NCBI GenBank assembly: GCA_963804165.1
Contig: CAWDPO010000016.1
Span: 114,284-178,283 of the forward strand
Length of the DNA stretch: 64,000 nucleotides
Direction: 5' to 3'
From: an uncultured delta proteobacterium
GTDB taxonomy: Bacteria > Desulfobacterota > Binatia > UBA9968
The position numbers were made by a program, and so were the translations under genes. Positions 1 through 9,868 of this stretch are shown in pieces. Positions within the stretch are counted from its first letter, which is position 1. The number at the start of each line of letters is the position of its first letter. The notes under the pieces are model-generated. The model worked only from the letters and a program-made list of their open reading frames with translations. It did not search any database and had not been told where the DNA came from.

Positions 1-2
1 AG

Positions 3-467
3 GATCGGATCGAGGATGTTCCTTATTTGGTCGATCATCTCTTGAAGAAGATCTGTCAACAAATGAAAAGAGACGTCAAGGGAGTTACACCCAAGGCCAT
101 GGAAAAACTGATGCAACACGACTGGCCGGGCAACGTGAGAGAGCTCGAAAATACTCTCGAATACGCCGTAACCATGACCCAGCGCGACGTCGTGACGGAC
201 GATCTCGTTCTGCAAACAAAACTTGCCGTCAGCGCCGTCGCGGCGGAAGATCCGCTTCAATCTCAGCTCTTGCCAACGGACGGATCGTTCAAGACGTTGA
301 AAGAAGCCAGGTCAGAGTTCGAGAAAGCCTATCTGGTTCGTCTCCTGCATACGTGCAACGGCAAAGCTACGCGAGCGGCGGAAATCGCCGGAAAGTATCG
401 CGCCGATTTTTACGACCTGTTAAAAAAGCACGACATTAAGTTGGCTGAGTTTAAGCGATTCAATTAA
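3..467 (+). CDS. Sigma54-dependent (NtrC/Fis family) transcriptional regulator, C-terminal part, truncated by the window edge
   Basis: [24 protein letters not shown] (AAA+ lid motif) and a C-terminal HTH (KATRAAEIAGKYRADFYDLLKKH); frame open to the window start. Confidence 0.9.
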   Translation, partial: DRIEDVPYLVDHLLKKICQQMKRDVKGVTPKAMEKLMQHDWPGNVRELENTLEYAVTMTQRDVVTDDLVLQTKLAVSAVAAEDPLQSQLLPTDGSFKTLKEARSEFEKAYLVRLLHTCNGKATRAAEIAGKYRADFYDLLKKHDIKLAEFKRFN

Positions 468-591
468 TTTGCGGACAACTTGGCAGCGCACCAGTTTGCA
501 TCAGCGGTCAAAAAATTCCCGTCTTTTGTGCTCGACCTAAATTCACTTCGCTACCGCTAGACCATTGCCGAACGCCTCCTGTTTCTGTTCC

Positions 592-1243
592 TTATGCCGT
601 TGGCTTGGTGTCGAGATGTCCCAGCCGCTTAAGAGCTTCACGTGCCGGCGCAAACGTAGGGCCTCTCAAGAGCCATATAGTAATAGTGCAACGCTTCGCG
701 TAGATATCGCAGGTCTCGGAAAGCTCCGCCAGCTGATAATAAGGTTCCGGCCGGGTGAGGTCGCGCATCATGGCGATTTTTAGATAAACTCGCGCTTCGG
801 TGAATGCTTTCCGCTCGCGCGCCAGCTCGGCCAAGTGGAGAAGGTCATCGACGGTTCCGCTCATGCCGATTTTCTGTCGCTCAAGAATCTCTTGGCAGAG
901 AAGCTGAATAGCCTTGGGATCGAATGGCTTCTCGATGAAGTCTACGGCTCCGAGCTTTATGGCCTCCACAGCTCTTTTGACGGTCCCATAGGCGGTCAGC
1001 ATGACCACCGGCATCCTGGGTTTAAGACCTCGTAGATAGCGAAGTAATTCCAAGCCATCCATCTTCGCCATCTGGATATCCGCGAAGACGATATCGTAGA
1101 GACCTTCTTTAACGCGGATAACAGCATCATCGCCGTTACTGACCGTATCTACCTTGACCTTCTGCCTCGAGCACCATACCGAGATTATTACGAATGTTGC
1201 GCTCGTCATCGACAACCAGTATGTGCACCTGCGATTGAGTCAT
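592..1243 (-). CDS. Response regulator: receiver domain plus C-terminal TPR-like helices, no DNA-binding domain; frameshifted near 1160
   Basis: ATG at 1243 after an AGAGG RBS gives MTQSQVHILVVDDERNIR, then shifts into DIVFADIQM...VVMLTAYG...DFIEKPF; tail EARVYLKIAMMRDLTRPEPYYQLAEL is TPR-like. Confidence 0.8.
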
Positions 1244-1376
1244 CGGATTGTTCCTCTCTTCGTTGCCGGACGAGATCGCGATTATTTATAAAAACCGCAT
1301 AAAAGTGCCATGCCACGCATGTCGATCTGTCGACTGCAGTTCACGAAATTGCTGCGATTGCGGCGCACTTCTGCTA

Positions 1377-1447
1377 TTGCTCTTGCAACCGGCCGCCGCT
1401 CGCCGCTTGCAACTTGCAAATGTCGACCACTTGTCTTGCAAATGCAA
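1377..1447. promoter_or_regulatory. Three TTGCA-n-TGCAA-like dyads, candidate enhancer (UAS) for a sigma54 activator
   Basis: TTGCTCTTGCAA 1377-1388, TTGCAACTTGCAA 1407-1419 and TTGCAAATGCAA 1436-1447, about 30 bp apart and upstream of a -24/-12 promoter. Confidence 0.6.
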
Positions 1448-1498
1448 CCAGCGCTTTGCCTTTCCCGTAAACGAGTGATTTCACGACTTAAGTGAGGC

Positions 1499-1514
1499 TG
1501 GCACCGTGCTTGCG
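1499..1514 (+). promoter_or_regulatory. Sigma54 (-24/-12) promoter of the kdp operon
   Basis: TGGCAC-CGTGC-TTGCG with exact GG-N10-GC spacing, about 40 bp before the first ORF and its AGGAG RBS. Confidence 0.85.
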
Positions 1515-1551
1515 CTATCAGCGAGCAAGACTCGACTTTAGGAGCGATCCA

Positions 1552-1636
1552 ATGGCCGACGTTATATTTATCCTGATCACCGTTGTTTTTTTTCATAATT
1601 GCTTGGCTCTATGTCCGGGTCTTGGATCGGCTCTAA
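1552..1636 (+). CDS. Small single-TM peptide upstream of kdpF (27 aa after removing one T from a poly-T run)
   Basis: AGGAG RBS; corrected reading MADVIFILITVVFFIIAWLYVRVLDRL*; not in the ORF track. Confidence 0.65.
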
Positions 1637-1646
1637 GGAGGGAATT

Positions 1647-1736
1647 ATGGGGCTGGAATATATTCTCGGCATTATCGTGTCGTTGGCCGTGATGTTGTAT
1701 TTGCTCTACGCGCTGCTTTGCCCGGAGAAGTTTTAA
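1647..1736 (+). CDS. kdpF: K+-transporting ATPase subunit F
   Basis: AAGGAGG RBS; MGLEYILGIIVSLAVMLYLLYALLCPEKF* matches the KdpF YLxYALLxPEKF signature; too short for the ORF track. Confidence 0.92.
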   Translation: MGLEYILGIIVSLAVMLYLLYALLCPEKF

Positions 1737-1809
1737 CCTTAGAGCATCGTAGTTCGCAGCGATGCGAGCCAACGGAAAAATATTGCATATTGAGGAAGTC
1801 GGAGATGTC

Positions 1810-3535
1810 ATGACAGTCAATGGATGGATGCAGATTTTGTTTTTCCATGGTGATTATTTTCGCCATAACGAAGCCGCTCGGCAGTTACATGTTTCGTGTC
1901 TTCGAGGGCGACCGGCAGCCGTTGCCGCGCCTGTTCGGACCCCTCGAGAGGTTGATTTACAAGCTATGCGGCGTGGATCCGAAGGAGCAGCAAGACTGGA
2001 AACAGTACGCGCTGGCGATGCTGATCTTCAGCGCCATCACGTTGTTCGTCACCTACGCCATCGAACGATTGCAACATATGTTGCCGCTGAATCCCGCAGA
2101 ACTTTGGCCCTGTCGCCGGCTGACTTGGCATTCAATACCGCTTCGAGCTTTACCACCAATACCAACTGGCAGGCCTACGGCGGCGAGTCGACGATGAGCT
2201 ATCTGACACAGATGGCGGGGCTTGCTTGGCACAATTTCATCTCGGTCGCCGTTGGCATAGGCGTCATGATGGCGCTCACGCGCGGGATCACGTACCGCTC
2301 GCAAACCGGGCGCTCCGAAGACGCTCGGCAATTTTTGGGTCGATCTGGTTCGGTCAGTTCTCCGTCTTGATTCCCTTTTCCATCTCTATGGCGCTGGTGC
2401 TGGTCTCGCAGGGAGATCATGCAAAACTTTTCATCCTATGTCGAGCTGACAACTTTGGAAGGAGTGAAGCAGACTCTGGCGATGGGGCCGATCGCTTCGC
2501 AGGACGCGATCAAACAACTCGGCACCAACGGCGGTGGGTTTTTCAACGTCAACAGCTCTCATCCATTCGAGGGCGGTACCCCGCTGGCAAATTTGATCGA
2601 GATGGTGCTCATTCTCTCGATCCCGGCGGCGCAGACCTACATGTACGGGCTCATGGCGCGGGACACCAAGCAGGGCTGGACTCTCTTCGGAGCCATGGCG
2701 ATTTTGTTTTTCATGGGCGTGACGACAGCTTATTACTTCGAGGCAAAGCCCAATCCGGTGATGCAAGGTCTGGCCGTGGATCAAACGGCCGGCAACATGG
2801 AGGGAAAGGAAGTTCGCTATCGGCGTGGCCAACTCCGTGACTTGGGCGACGGCAACCACCGACGCGTCAAACGGCTCGGTCAACTCCATGCACGATAGTT
2901 TCAATCCTATCGCTGGCCTGGTGCCCTTGTTGAACATTCAGCTCGGCGAATTAATTTTCGGCGGCGTCGGCGCCGGGCTTTACGCTATGCTGGTTTTTGT
3001 TCTTGTTTCGGTGTTTATCGCCGGCTTGATGGTTGGGCGCACGCCTGAATATCTCGGCAAAAAAATCGAATCGCGCGAGGTCAAGCTCGCCATGCTTTAC
3101 GTGCTGATCTTTCCGCTGATAATTCTTTATTTCTCCGGCTGGTCGGCAGTGGCGCCCTACGGCCTCTCTTCGCTCAACAACAATGGCCCACACGGATTGA
3201 CCGAGATCTTGTACGCCTACAGTAGCGCTGCCGGTAACAACGGCTCGGCCTTTGCCGGACTCAACGCCAACACTCCCTGGTACAACGTGACACAGGGTCT
3301 CTCGATGCTCATGGGCCGCTATTTAATGATTGTTCCAGCTCTGGCCATTGCCGGCTGTATGGTTGGTAAAAAGGCTGTGCCCGAAAGCTTGGGCACTTTC
3401 CCGACAAACGGGACGCTTTTTGTGGTGCTGTTGGTGGGTGTGGTTCTTATTGTTGGGGCGTTAACTTTCTTCCCCGCACTAGCGCTCGGGCCTATTGTCG
3501 AACACTTTGTCGCCCTGGCAGGAAAGGTTTATTAA
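1810..3535 (+). CDS. kdpA: K+-transporting ATPase subunit A, several frameshifts (probably assembly indels)
   Basis: Fragments carry [64 protein letters not shown] and [15 protein letters not shown]. Confidence 0.93.
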
Positions 3536-3536
3536 C

Positions 3537-5594
3537 ATGGCAGACAGTCGCTTAATGGAACGATCTTTGTTCGATCCTGAAATCATGCGGCCGGCGATTT
3601 GGGAGAGCTTTCGCAAGCTCGTTCCGCAGCACGTGATCAAAAATCCCGTCATGTTCGTAGTCGAGATCGGTAGCGTGATTACGACGCTGATCTGGTTGCG
3701 CGACATGATTGCGCCCGTGCCAGGGTCTCAGCCGCTGTGGTGTACTTTCAATGTCAGTTTCTGGCTCTGGTTTACCGTGGTTTTTGCGAATTTTTCCGAG
3801 GCAGTCGCGGAAGGACGTGGTAAGGCCCAGGCGGCAACCTTGCGCAAGATGCGGCAGGAAACCACCGCTCGGCGCTTGGTCAACGGCAACCGTGAAGAAA
3901 AAGTGCCCGCGTCGGCCCTCCGCAAAGGCGATACCGTTGTCGTCGAAGCAGGGGAAGTGATTCCCGGCGACGGTGACGTGATTCAAGGCATCGCTTCGGT
4001 CGATGAGTCCGCGATCACCGGCGAGTCGGCCCCCGTCATTCGTGAAAGCGGTGGCGATCGTTCGGCGGTAACCGGTGGCACGAAAGTGTTGTCTGACCGC
4101 ATCGTCGTGCGCATCACAGCGAGCCCTGGCGAGTCCTTTCTCGATCGCATGATCATTCTGGTCGAGGGAGCGGAACGGCAGAAGACGCCTAACGAGATCG
4201 CGCTGAATATTCTACTCGCTGGTCTTACTCTGGTTTTTCTCTTTGCGTGCGTCACTCTCGTGCCCATGGCGCTCTACTCCGGCATGACCAATGTTTCCGT
4301 AACCGTGATTGTCGCTTTGCTGGTGTGTTTGATTCCGACGACCATCGGCGGCTTGCTCTCCGCCATCGGCATTGCCGGTATCGATCGCTTGCTGCGCAAG
4401 AACGTGCTCGCGATGAGCGGGCGCGCGGTCGAAGCCGCCGGCGACGTCGATACTTTGCTTTTGGACAAGACCGGCACGATCACGCTCGGCAATCGCATGG
4501 CTACCGAATTCATTACGGTCGACGGTGTTAGTGCCGAGACTCTGGCGGACGCCGCGCAGCTTTCCAGCCTCGCCGACGAGACGCCGGAAGGCCGATCCAT
4601 CGTCGTTCTCGCCAAGGAAAAATATGGACTGCGCGGGCGCGAAGTGACCGAGATCGGCGCGAAATTTATTCCGTTTAGCGCTGAAACCCGCATGAGCGGC
4701 TGTGATCTCGACGGGCGCAAGATCCGCAAAGGCGCGGTCGATGCGATCGTCGCCTACGTGCAGGAACTCGGCGGGACGGTGGGCTCGCAGGTCGAGGGCA
4801 TTACCCACGGAATCTCCGATACCGGCGGCACGCCGCTGGTAGTTGCCGAGGGCAACAAGGTCCTCGGTGTGATTCATCTCAAAGATGTCGTCAAAGGCGG
4901 CATCAGCGAGCGCTTTCAGCGCTTCCGCGCCATGGGTATCCGCACGGTGATGATTACCGGCGACAATCCGCGCACCGCCGCGGCGATCGCGCGCGAAGCC
5001 GGCGTGGACGATTTCCTTGCTCAAGCAACGCCGGAAGCAAAAATGCGGCTCATCAAAGAAGAGCAGGCCAAAGGAAAACTGGTCGCGATGACCGGCGACG
5101 GCACCAACGATGCGCCGGCATTGGCGCAGGCTGATGTTGGCGTGGCGATGAACACCGGGACCCAGGCGGCCAAAGAAGCCGGCAACATGGTCGATCTCGA
5201 CTCCAATCCGACCAAGCTGTTGGAAGTCGTCGAGATCGGTAAGCAGATGCTCATGACGCGCGGCGTACTCACGACGTTTTCTATCGCCAACGACGTCGCT
5301 AAGTATTTCGCGATAATTCCGGCTATGTTCATGGGTGTTTATCCGGAGATCACGCCGCTCAACATCATGCATCTGGCATCGCCGCAGAGCGCAATTCTCT
5401 CAGCGGTTATATTTAACGCTCTTATTATCATTTTACTTATTCCCCTCGCGCTACGGGGTGTCCAGTACCGCCCCATCGGCGCTGGACCGTTGCTGGCACG
5501 CTCTTTGTTGATTTATGGCGTCGGCGGAGTCATCGCGCCTTTTATTGGTATCAAACTGATCGATTTGGTTTTGGAAGCCGTCGGCCTTGTGTAG
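3537..5594 (+). CDS. kdpB: K+-transporting P-type ATPase subunit B
   Basis: [29 protein letters not shown] and [10 protein letters not shown] motifs; intact. Confidence 0.98.
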   Translation: MADSRLMERSLFDPEIMRPAIWESFRKLVPQHVIKNPVMFVVEIGSVITTLIWLRDMIAPVPGSQPLWCTFNVSFWLWFTVVFANFSEAVAEGRGKAQAATLRKMRQETTARRLVNGNREEKVPASALRKGDTVVVEAGEVIPGDGDVIQGIASVDESAITGESAPVIRESGGDRSAVTGGTKVLSDRIVVRITASPGESFLDRMIILVEGAERQKTPNEIALNILLAGLTLVFLFACVTLVPMALYSGMTNVSVTVIVALLVCLIPTTIGGLLSAIGIAGIDRLLRKNVLAMSGRAVEAAGDVDTLLLDKTGTITLGNRMATEFITVDGVSAETLADAAQLSSLADETPEGRSIVVLAKEKYGLRGREVTEIGAKFIPFSAETRMSGCDLDGRKIRKGAVDAIVAYVQELGGTVGSQVEGITHGISDTGGTPLVVAEGNKVLGVIHLKDVVKGGISERFQRFRAMGIRTVMITGDNPRTAAAIAREAGVDDFLAQATPEAKMRLIKEEQAKGKLVAMTGDGTNDAPALAQADVGVAMNTGTQAAKEAGNMVDLDSNPTKLLEVVEIGKQMLMTRGVLTTFSIANDVAKYFAIIPAMFMGVYPEITPLNIMHLASPQSAILSAVIFNALIIILLIPLALRGVQYRPIGAGPLLARSLLIYGVGGVIAPFIGIKLIDLVLEAVGLV

Positions 5595-5603
5595 GAGAAA
5601 CCT

Positions 5604-6296
5604 ATGAAAACCTTCATTATTGCTTTGCGCGCTACGATCGTCACTCTGGTTGTAACCGGCCTTCTCTATCCATTCGTGATGACCGGAGTCGCGCAAGTGC
5701 TTTTCCCCTGGCGCGCCAACGGGAGTTTGGTAACAGACGAGAAAGGCCAAGTCGTAGGCTCGGAGTTGATCGCTCAGGGATTCTCGAATCCCGCTTACTT
5801 TCAGCCCCGGCCGTCGGCGGCAGGCGAGAAAGGCTATGACGCAACTTCCTCTTCGGGCTCCAACCTGGGTCCGACATCGAAGAAATTGCAGGACCGTATC
5901 AACGACGATATCAAACGACTGAAGGAAGAAAATCCGGAAGCGTCCGGCCCCATCCCAGCTGAACTTGTTACTGCGTCTGCCAGTGGATTGGACCCACATC
6001 TCTCCCCTGAAGCAATGATATGGCAGGCGCCGCGAGTGGCGAAAACACGCGGCGTGACGGCGGAACGCGTAAAAGCCGTCGTCGATTCAAATGTCGAAGG
6101 CAGAACCTTCGGCATCCTGGGTGAACCGAGAGTTAACGTGCTGATGGTCAATCTCGCGCTTGACCGCCAGTTCGGCAAAGCGACTCCGCTCCCGCCGGCT
6201 CCCGAAAAGAAGGAAACGAAGGAAGAGGCCAAAAAGGAAGAGGCGACTCCGGCCCAACCGACCGTTCAGGCCGCGCCGCCGCCTTCAGCAAAATAG
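5604..6296 (+). CDS. kdpC: K+-transporting ATPase subunit C with a Pro/Glu/Lys-rich C-terminal tail
   Basis: ANGSL, GSELIAQ, YFQPRPSA, SGSNLGP, VTASASGLDPHLS, GEPRVNVL. Confidence 0.97.
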   Translation: MKTFIIALRATIVTLVVTGLLYPFVMTGVAQVLFPWRANGSLVTDEKGQVVGSELIAQGFSNPAYFQPRPSAAGEKGYDATSSSGSNLGPTSKKLQDRINDDIKRLKEENPEASGPIPAELVTASASGLDPHLSPEAMIWQAPRVAKTRGVTAERVKAVVDSNVEGRTFGILGEPRVNVLMVNLALDRQFGKATPLPPAPEKKETKEEAKKEEATPAQPTVQAAPPPSAK

Positions 6297-6306
6297 CAGT
6301 TGATGG

Positions 6307-6796
6307 ATGGCGATTCCCGAACACAAGGAAGGCAAGAAGGCTCGACCGGTGAAGAAAATTGAAGCGGTCATCCATCCTTTCAAGCTGGATGAAATCAAAG
6401 AAAATTCTGACGAGGTCGAAAATCCCGCGCATCACCGTCTTCGAGGTCAAAGGTGCAGGCACGCAACAGGGAAAGTCGAAAGTCTATCGCGGGGCTCCGT
6501 ACATCGAAGATTCCGCCGAAATCAAAATCGAGATGGTGGTGGATGATGATGAAGCCGAGCACATCGCTGAAATGATTTTCGATACGCTTCGCACCGGAGA
6601 CTTGTGTGACGGCGAGGTGACCATTGTACCAGTGGAACATTGTGTCCGCTTGCGGGCCGGTCAACGAGGGCATGGCCTGCCCAGCTGGGCGCGTGATCCT
6701 GTTTCGTCATGTCTAATTCGGGATGGCGCCCGTCTGAAGTCCTACTTCAGGTCTCTAAGAAGAAAATTTCACGAAGCAGCTCGAGAGCATACTTAG
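6307..6796 (+). CDS. Divergent P-II family (GlnB/GlnK-like) signalling protein with C-terminal extension; frameshift in the A-run near 6403
   Basis: KKIEAVIHPFKLDEIKE / ITVFEVKGAGTQQG..YRGAPY / IKIEMVV / TGDLCDGEV / VRLRAG align with the PII fold. Confidence 0.85.
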
Positions 6797-6859
6797 TTCC
6801 TTTCAAGTCGGTGTCGGCAGCAGCAGGAATTTTCGTTTGCTAATTGGCAAGGAGAGGTC

Positions 6860-8077
6860 ATGAAACAAGCATTCCTAACCGCAGTCCTTATTCTTGGGCT
6901 CTTTTTATTTGTCGGACGGTCGGCTCACGCCGCCGAGGAAGAGAAGCCGCTTGCGCCGGGCTGGCTGAGTCTGGATTGTTGTATTGGTCCGCTGGACAAC
7001 GCTATAGGCTCGGGAAAAGACTCGCTTCAGAAAGCCCTGGGGCTCAACTTCGGCGGTTATTTGGATACCAGCTACACCTGGAGTTCGAATCATCCCCGTA
7101 GTCCGAACGACATTAGCCAACGGTATTTTGATAAAGACCACAACGAAATCGTCTTTAACAACTTTCATTTATTTGTCGAAAAGCCGGAAAAGGACTGGGG
7201 CGTCGGCTTCCGCATCTCGGGCGACTTCGGGCGATCGGGCGAGCTACTGCGAGAGGCGACGCTTTGGGGCAAAGCTTTGCATAGAGAACCTTCGGCAGAA
7301 TTGCGCGAAGCCTATCTGACTACGACCATTCCTGTGGGCGAAGGTATCGGTTTGAAAGGCGGTCTGTTTGTCACGACGTTGGGAACCGAGATCCTGCCGA
7401 ATCCGGGCGCGTATAACGACAATATTTCACGCTCGTATCTGTTCAACTGGGGAGTCCCATTGCGCCATTTGGGCGTCTTGGCCAACTATCAAGTCGTCAA
7501 GATGCTCAATATCAATCTCGGCGTGGTGACGGGTTGGGATGATCCTCATGATAACAATCATCAGCCCTCGTTCATGGGCGGCTTCACCCTAACCCCGACC
7601 GATACTGTAACGTTGGCGACCAACATGATTTACGGCGCGGAACAACGCAATGGTGCCCCAAAGCGTTTTACGATCTCCAATGTTCTAACGCTCAAACCGA
7701 TTGATCCTCTGGCGTTGTATATCGAATACACCTACGGCCACGAAGACAGGGTTACGCCGAGCGGGCGTGATGGGGTCTGGCAGGGCCTCGCCGGTATCGC
7801 GTCTTACAACTGGACGGAGCGCTTCAATACGGCTCTGAGAGGCGAGGTCTTTAATGATCAGGACGGCGTCCGGCTTGGTGGTGAACCTTTCGGCACCCAC
7901 AAGAATGCGACACTGGGAGAAGTCACGCTGACGGGTTCATACAAATTTACCAAGATGCTGCTGGGTCGCGCTGAAGTACGCCAGGATTGGGCCGATCGGA
8001 GCATGTTCAAACGCGGCAGCTCCAATGCCGACTCCAACCAGACGACCTTGGCGATGCAGTTGATCTATACTTTCTAG
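6860..8077 (+). CDS. Outer-membrane beta-barrel porin (OmpL-like/bbp2 type)
   Basis: Signal peptide ending AHA, GYLDTSY, LREAYL, GLFVTTLGTE, NISRSYLF, C-terminal Phe (LIYTF). Confidence 0.8.
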   Translation: MKQAFLTAVLILGLFLFVGRSAHAAEEEKPLAPGWLSLDCCIGPLDNAIGSGKDSLQKALGLNFGGYLDTSYTWSSNHPRSPNDISQRYFDKDHNEIVFNNFHLFVEKPEKDWGVGFRISGDFGRSGELLREATLWGKALHREPSAELREAYLTTTIPVGEGIGLKGGLFVTTLGTEILPNPGAYNDNISRSYLFNWGVPLRHLGVLANYQVVKMLNINLGVVTGWDDPHDNNHQPSFMGGFTLTPTDTVTLATNMIYGAEQRNGAPKRFTISNVLTLKPIDPLALYIEYTYGHEDRVTPSGRDGVWQGLAGIASYNWTERFNTALRGEVFNDQDGVRLGGEPFGTHKNATLGEVTLTGSYKFTKMLLGRAEVRQDWADRSMFKRGSSNADSNQTTLAMQLIYTF

Positions 8078-8092
8078 CTAAGGGATTGATGA

Positions 8093-8218
8093 GGTGCCCT
8101 GGCCGATGGGAAGTTCTCCGGCCGACGTGGCGAAGATGTGATTCGCACTCGGACCGGCGAGAAAAATGCGGAAGCGCTCTGGGACTATGACCTGAGCGCA
8201 CCAGTTTACCATCGATAG
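8093..8218 (+). pseudogene. Remnant of the 3' end of a second P-II gene
   Basis: One frame reads GALADGKFSGRRGEDVIRTRTGEKNAEAL, collinear with the PII C-terminus GxIGDGKIFVxxVEDVIRIRTGE; no start codon or N-terminal half. Confidence 0.65.
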
Positions 8219-8429
8219 GGATGCGGACGTGTGCTCATAGCCGAAGTCATTTCACAACGTAAACCTAAGCGATGCGTTGCTAGACAAAGAGGGGCTTGGG
8301 CTCCGTAGGCACGCCTAGCGCGCCGCATCGCTGGCAAATTTCAGCGCGGCGATCTATCCTTTTCGCTAACGTCGCGGTTAGCGCTTTTTTTGGACCTGCC
8401 GCTCTATTTTTCGGGGTCTCCAAGCATCC

Positions 8430-8660
8430 ATGGATCGACTCACGGTTTTCGGCTTGTTCGCGGTGACGTCAATGCTGATATGCTATGCTTTCGAGCACCA
8501 TAGCCATTGGCTTGTCTTCGGGTTCGCCGTGTCTTGCGCCCTGGCATCCATCTATGGATTTCTCCAGGGCGCATGGCCCTTTGGCGTCGTAGAGGGGATC
8601 TGGTGTATGGTCGCGCTGCGCCGCTGGCGCAAACGACAACCCGGGGTGTCCGTGTCGTAA
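8430..8660 (+). CDS. Small integral membrane protein (about 3 TM), function unknown
   Basis: 76-aa hydrophobic ORF with YGFLQGAWPFGVVEGIW, co-oriented directly upstream of the KdpD fragment gene. Confidence 0.7.
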   Translation: MDRLTVFGLFAVTSMLICYAFEHHSHWLVFGFAVSCALASIYGFLQGAWPFGVVEGIWCMVALRRWRKRQPGVSVS

Positions 8661-8683
8661 ACAATGTAAATCCAATCAAAGTT

Positions 8684-9868
8684 ATGCCGCCAGAAGGACA
8701 AGAAACATCGACAGGTTCCGCGCGCAAGCGCCCGGAAGATTTCCTCGAGCTGGTAGAGCGTGCCAAGCGTGGCCGCCTCAAGGTCTACATCGGCGCAGCA
8801 GCCGGCGTCGGCAAGACCTTTCAGATGCTCGAGGAAGCTCACCTGCTCAAAAAGCGCGGCGTCGACGTGGTGTTGGCGTTCATCGAGCCGCACGACCGGC
8901 TCGATACCGCGGCGCTGATCGAAGGGCTCGAGGTGGTGCCGCGCCGGCGCGTCGATTATCGCGGTGTGGTTGTCGAGGAGATGGATCTCGACGCGGTTCT
9001 CAAGCGCCATCCCCAGGTTGCCATCGTCGATGAGCTGGCGCATACCAACGCGCCGTTTTGCAAAAACAAGAAGCGCTATCAGGACGTTTTGGAACTGCTC
9101 GAAGCCGGCATCAATGTGATTTGCGCTTTCAACGTGCAGCATCTCGAAAGCCTAAACGACATGGTCAAACAGGCGACCGGCGTGGTCGTTCGCGAGACCG
9201 TACCGGATTCGATCCTGAAGCGTGCCGATCAGGTTGTCGACATCGATCTGGCGGTCGAAGATCTCATCGATCGCCTTAAAGCGGGCAAGATTTATGCGCC
9301 CGATAAGGTTGGGTGGGCGCTTGAGAATTTTTTCCTCCCAGAAAAACTTGCGGTGTTGCGTGAAATTGCCCTGCGGGAGGTGGCGGAAAGCGTCGACCGC
9401 ACGGTGGCGGCCAAGGCCGGCAACGCTGACGCCGGTCGCAGGTCGGCGGCGAGCGAACGCGTAATGGTTTGTCTACCCACCCGGCCGCCGCCCCACGGTG
9501 CCATGCTACTTAGACAGGGCTCGCGCTTGGCGGGCCGTTTAAACACCGACTGGTTTGTTGTGCATGTCGAGACCAAAAGCGAAGCGGGTCACCGCATCGA
9601 CGCGACGCTGCAGCGGCACCTTCTGGACGATGAACAAAGAGCGCGAGATTTGGGGGCAGAAGTCGTCCGCCTGCGCTCGGAAAAACCAGTCGACGCGCTG
9701 CTCGAATTTGGCCGTCATCATGGCGTTCGCCATATCGTTGTTGGGCGATCGCACAAACCCTGGTGGCGTCGTATGTTAGGTCAATCGCCGGTTTTCAAAC
9801 TGGTCACCGAAGCGGCTGGATTCGATCTCCACATCGTGTCGTTGGAAGATCGGGGGGCAAGTGAATGA
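8684..9868 (+). CDS. kdpD: Stand-alone cytoplasmic KdpD sensor domain plus Usp domain (split KdpD)
   Basis: RGRLKVYIGAAAGVGKTFQML, EMDLDAVLKRHPQVAIVDELAHTN, KRYQDVLELL, NVQHLESLND, then a Usp domain; no TM or kinase domain. Confidence 0.9.
   Translation: MPPEGQETSTGSARKRPEDFLELVERAKRGRLKVYIGAAAGVGKTFQMLEEAHLLKKRGVDVVLAFIEPHDRLDTAALIEGLEVVPRRRVDYRGVVVEEMDLDAVLKRHPQVAIVDELAHTNAPFCKNKKRYQDVLELLEAGINVICAFNVQHLESLNDMVKQATGVVVRETVPDSILKRADQVVDIDLAVEDLIDRLKAGKIYAPDKVGWALENFFLPEKLAVLREIALREVAESVDRTVAAKAGNADAGRRSAASERVMVCLPTRPPPHGAMLLRQGSRLAGRLNTDWFVVHVETKSEAGHRIDATLQRHLLDDEQRARDLGAEVVRLRSEKPVDALLEFGRHHGVRHIVVGRSHKPWWRRMLGQSPVFKLVTEAAGFDLHIVSLEDRGASE

Noticed and set aside
481-500. Sigma54-like TGGCA...TTGCA here and similar TGGC motifs at 61437 and 61497
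   Set aside because: GG-to-GC spacing is not 10 bp.
8078-8430. c-di-AMP or fluoride riboswitch between the porin and kdpD
   Set aside because: I could not match the consensus elements by eye, and part of the region is better explained as a PII remnant. An Rfam scan would settle it.
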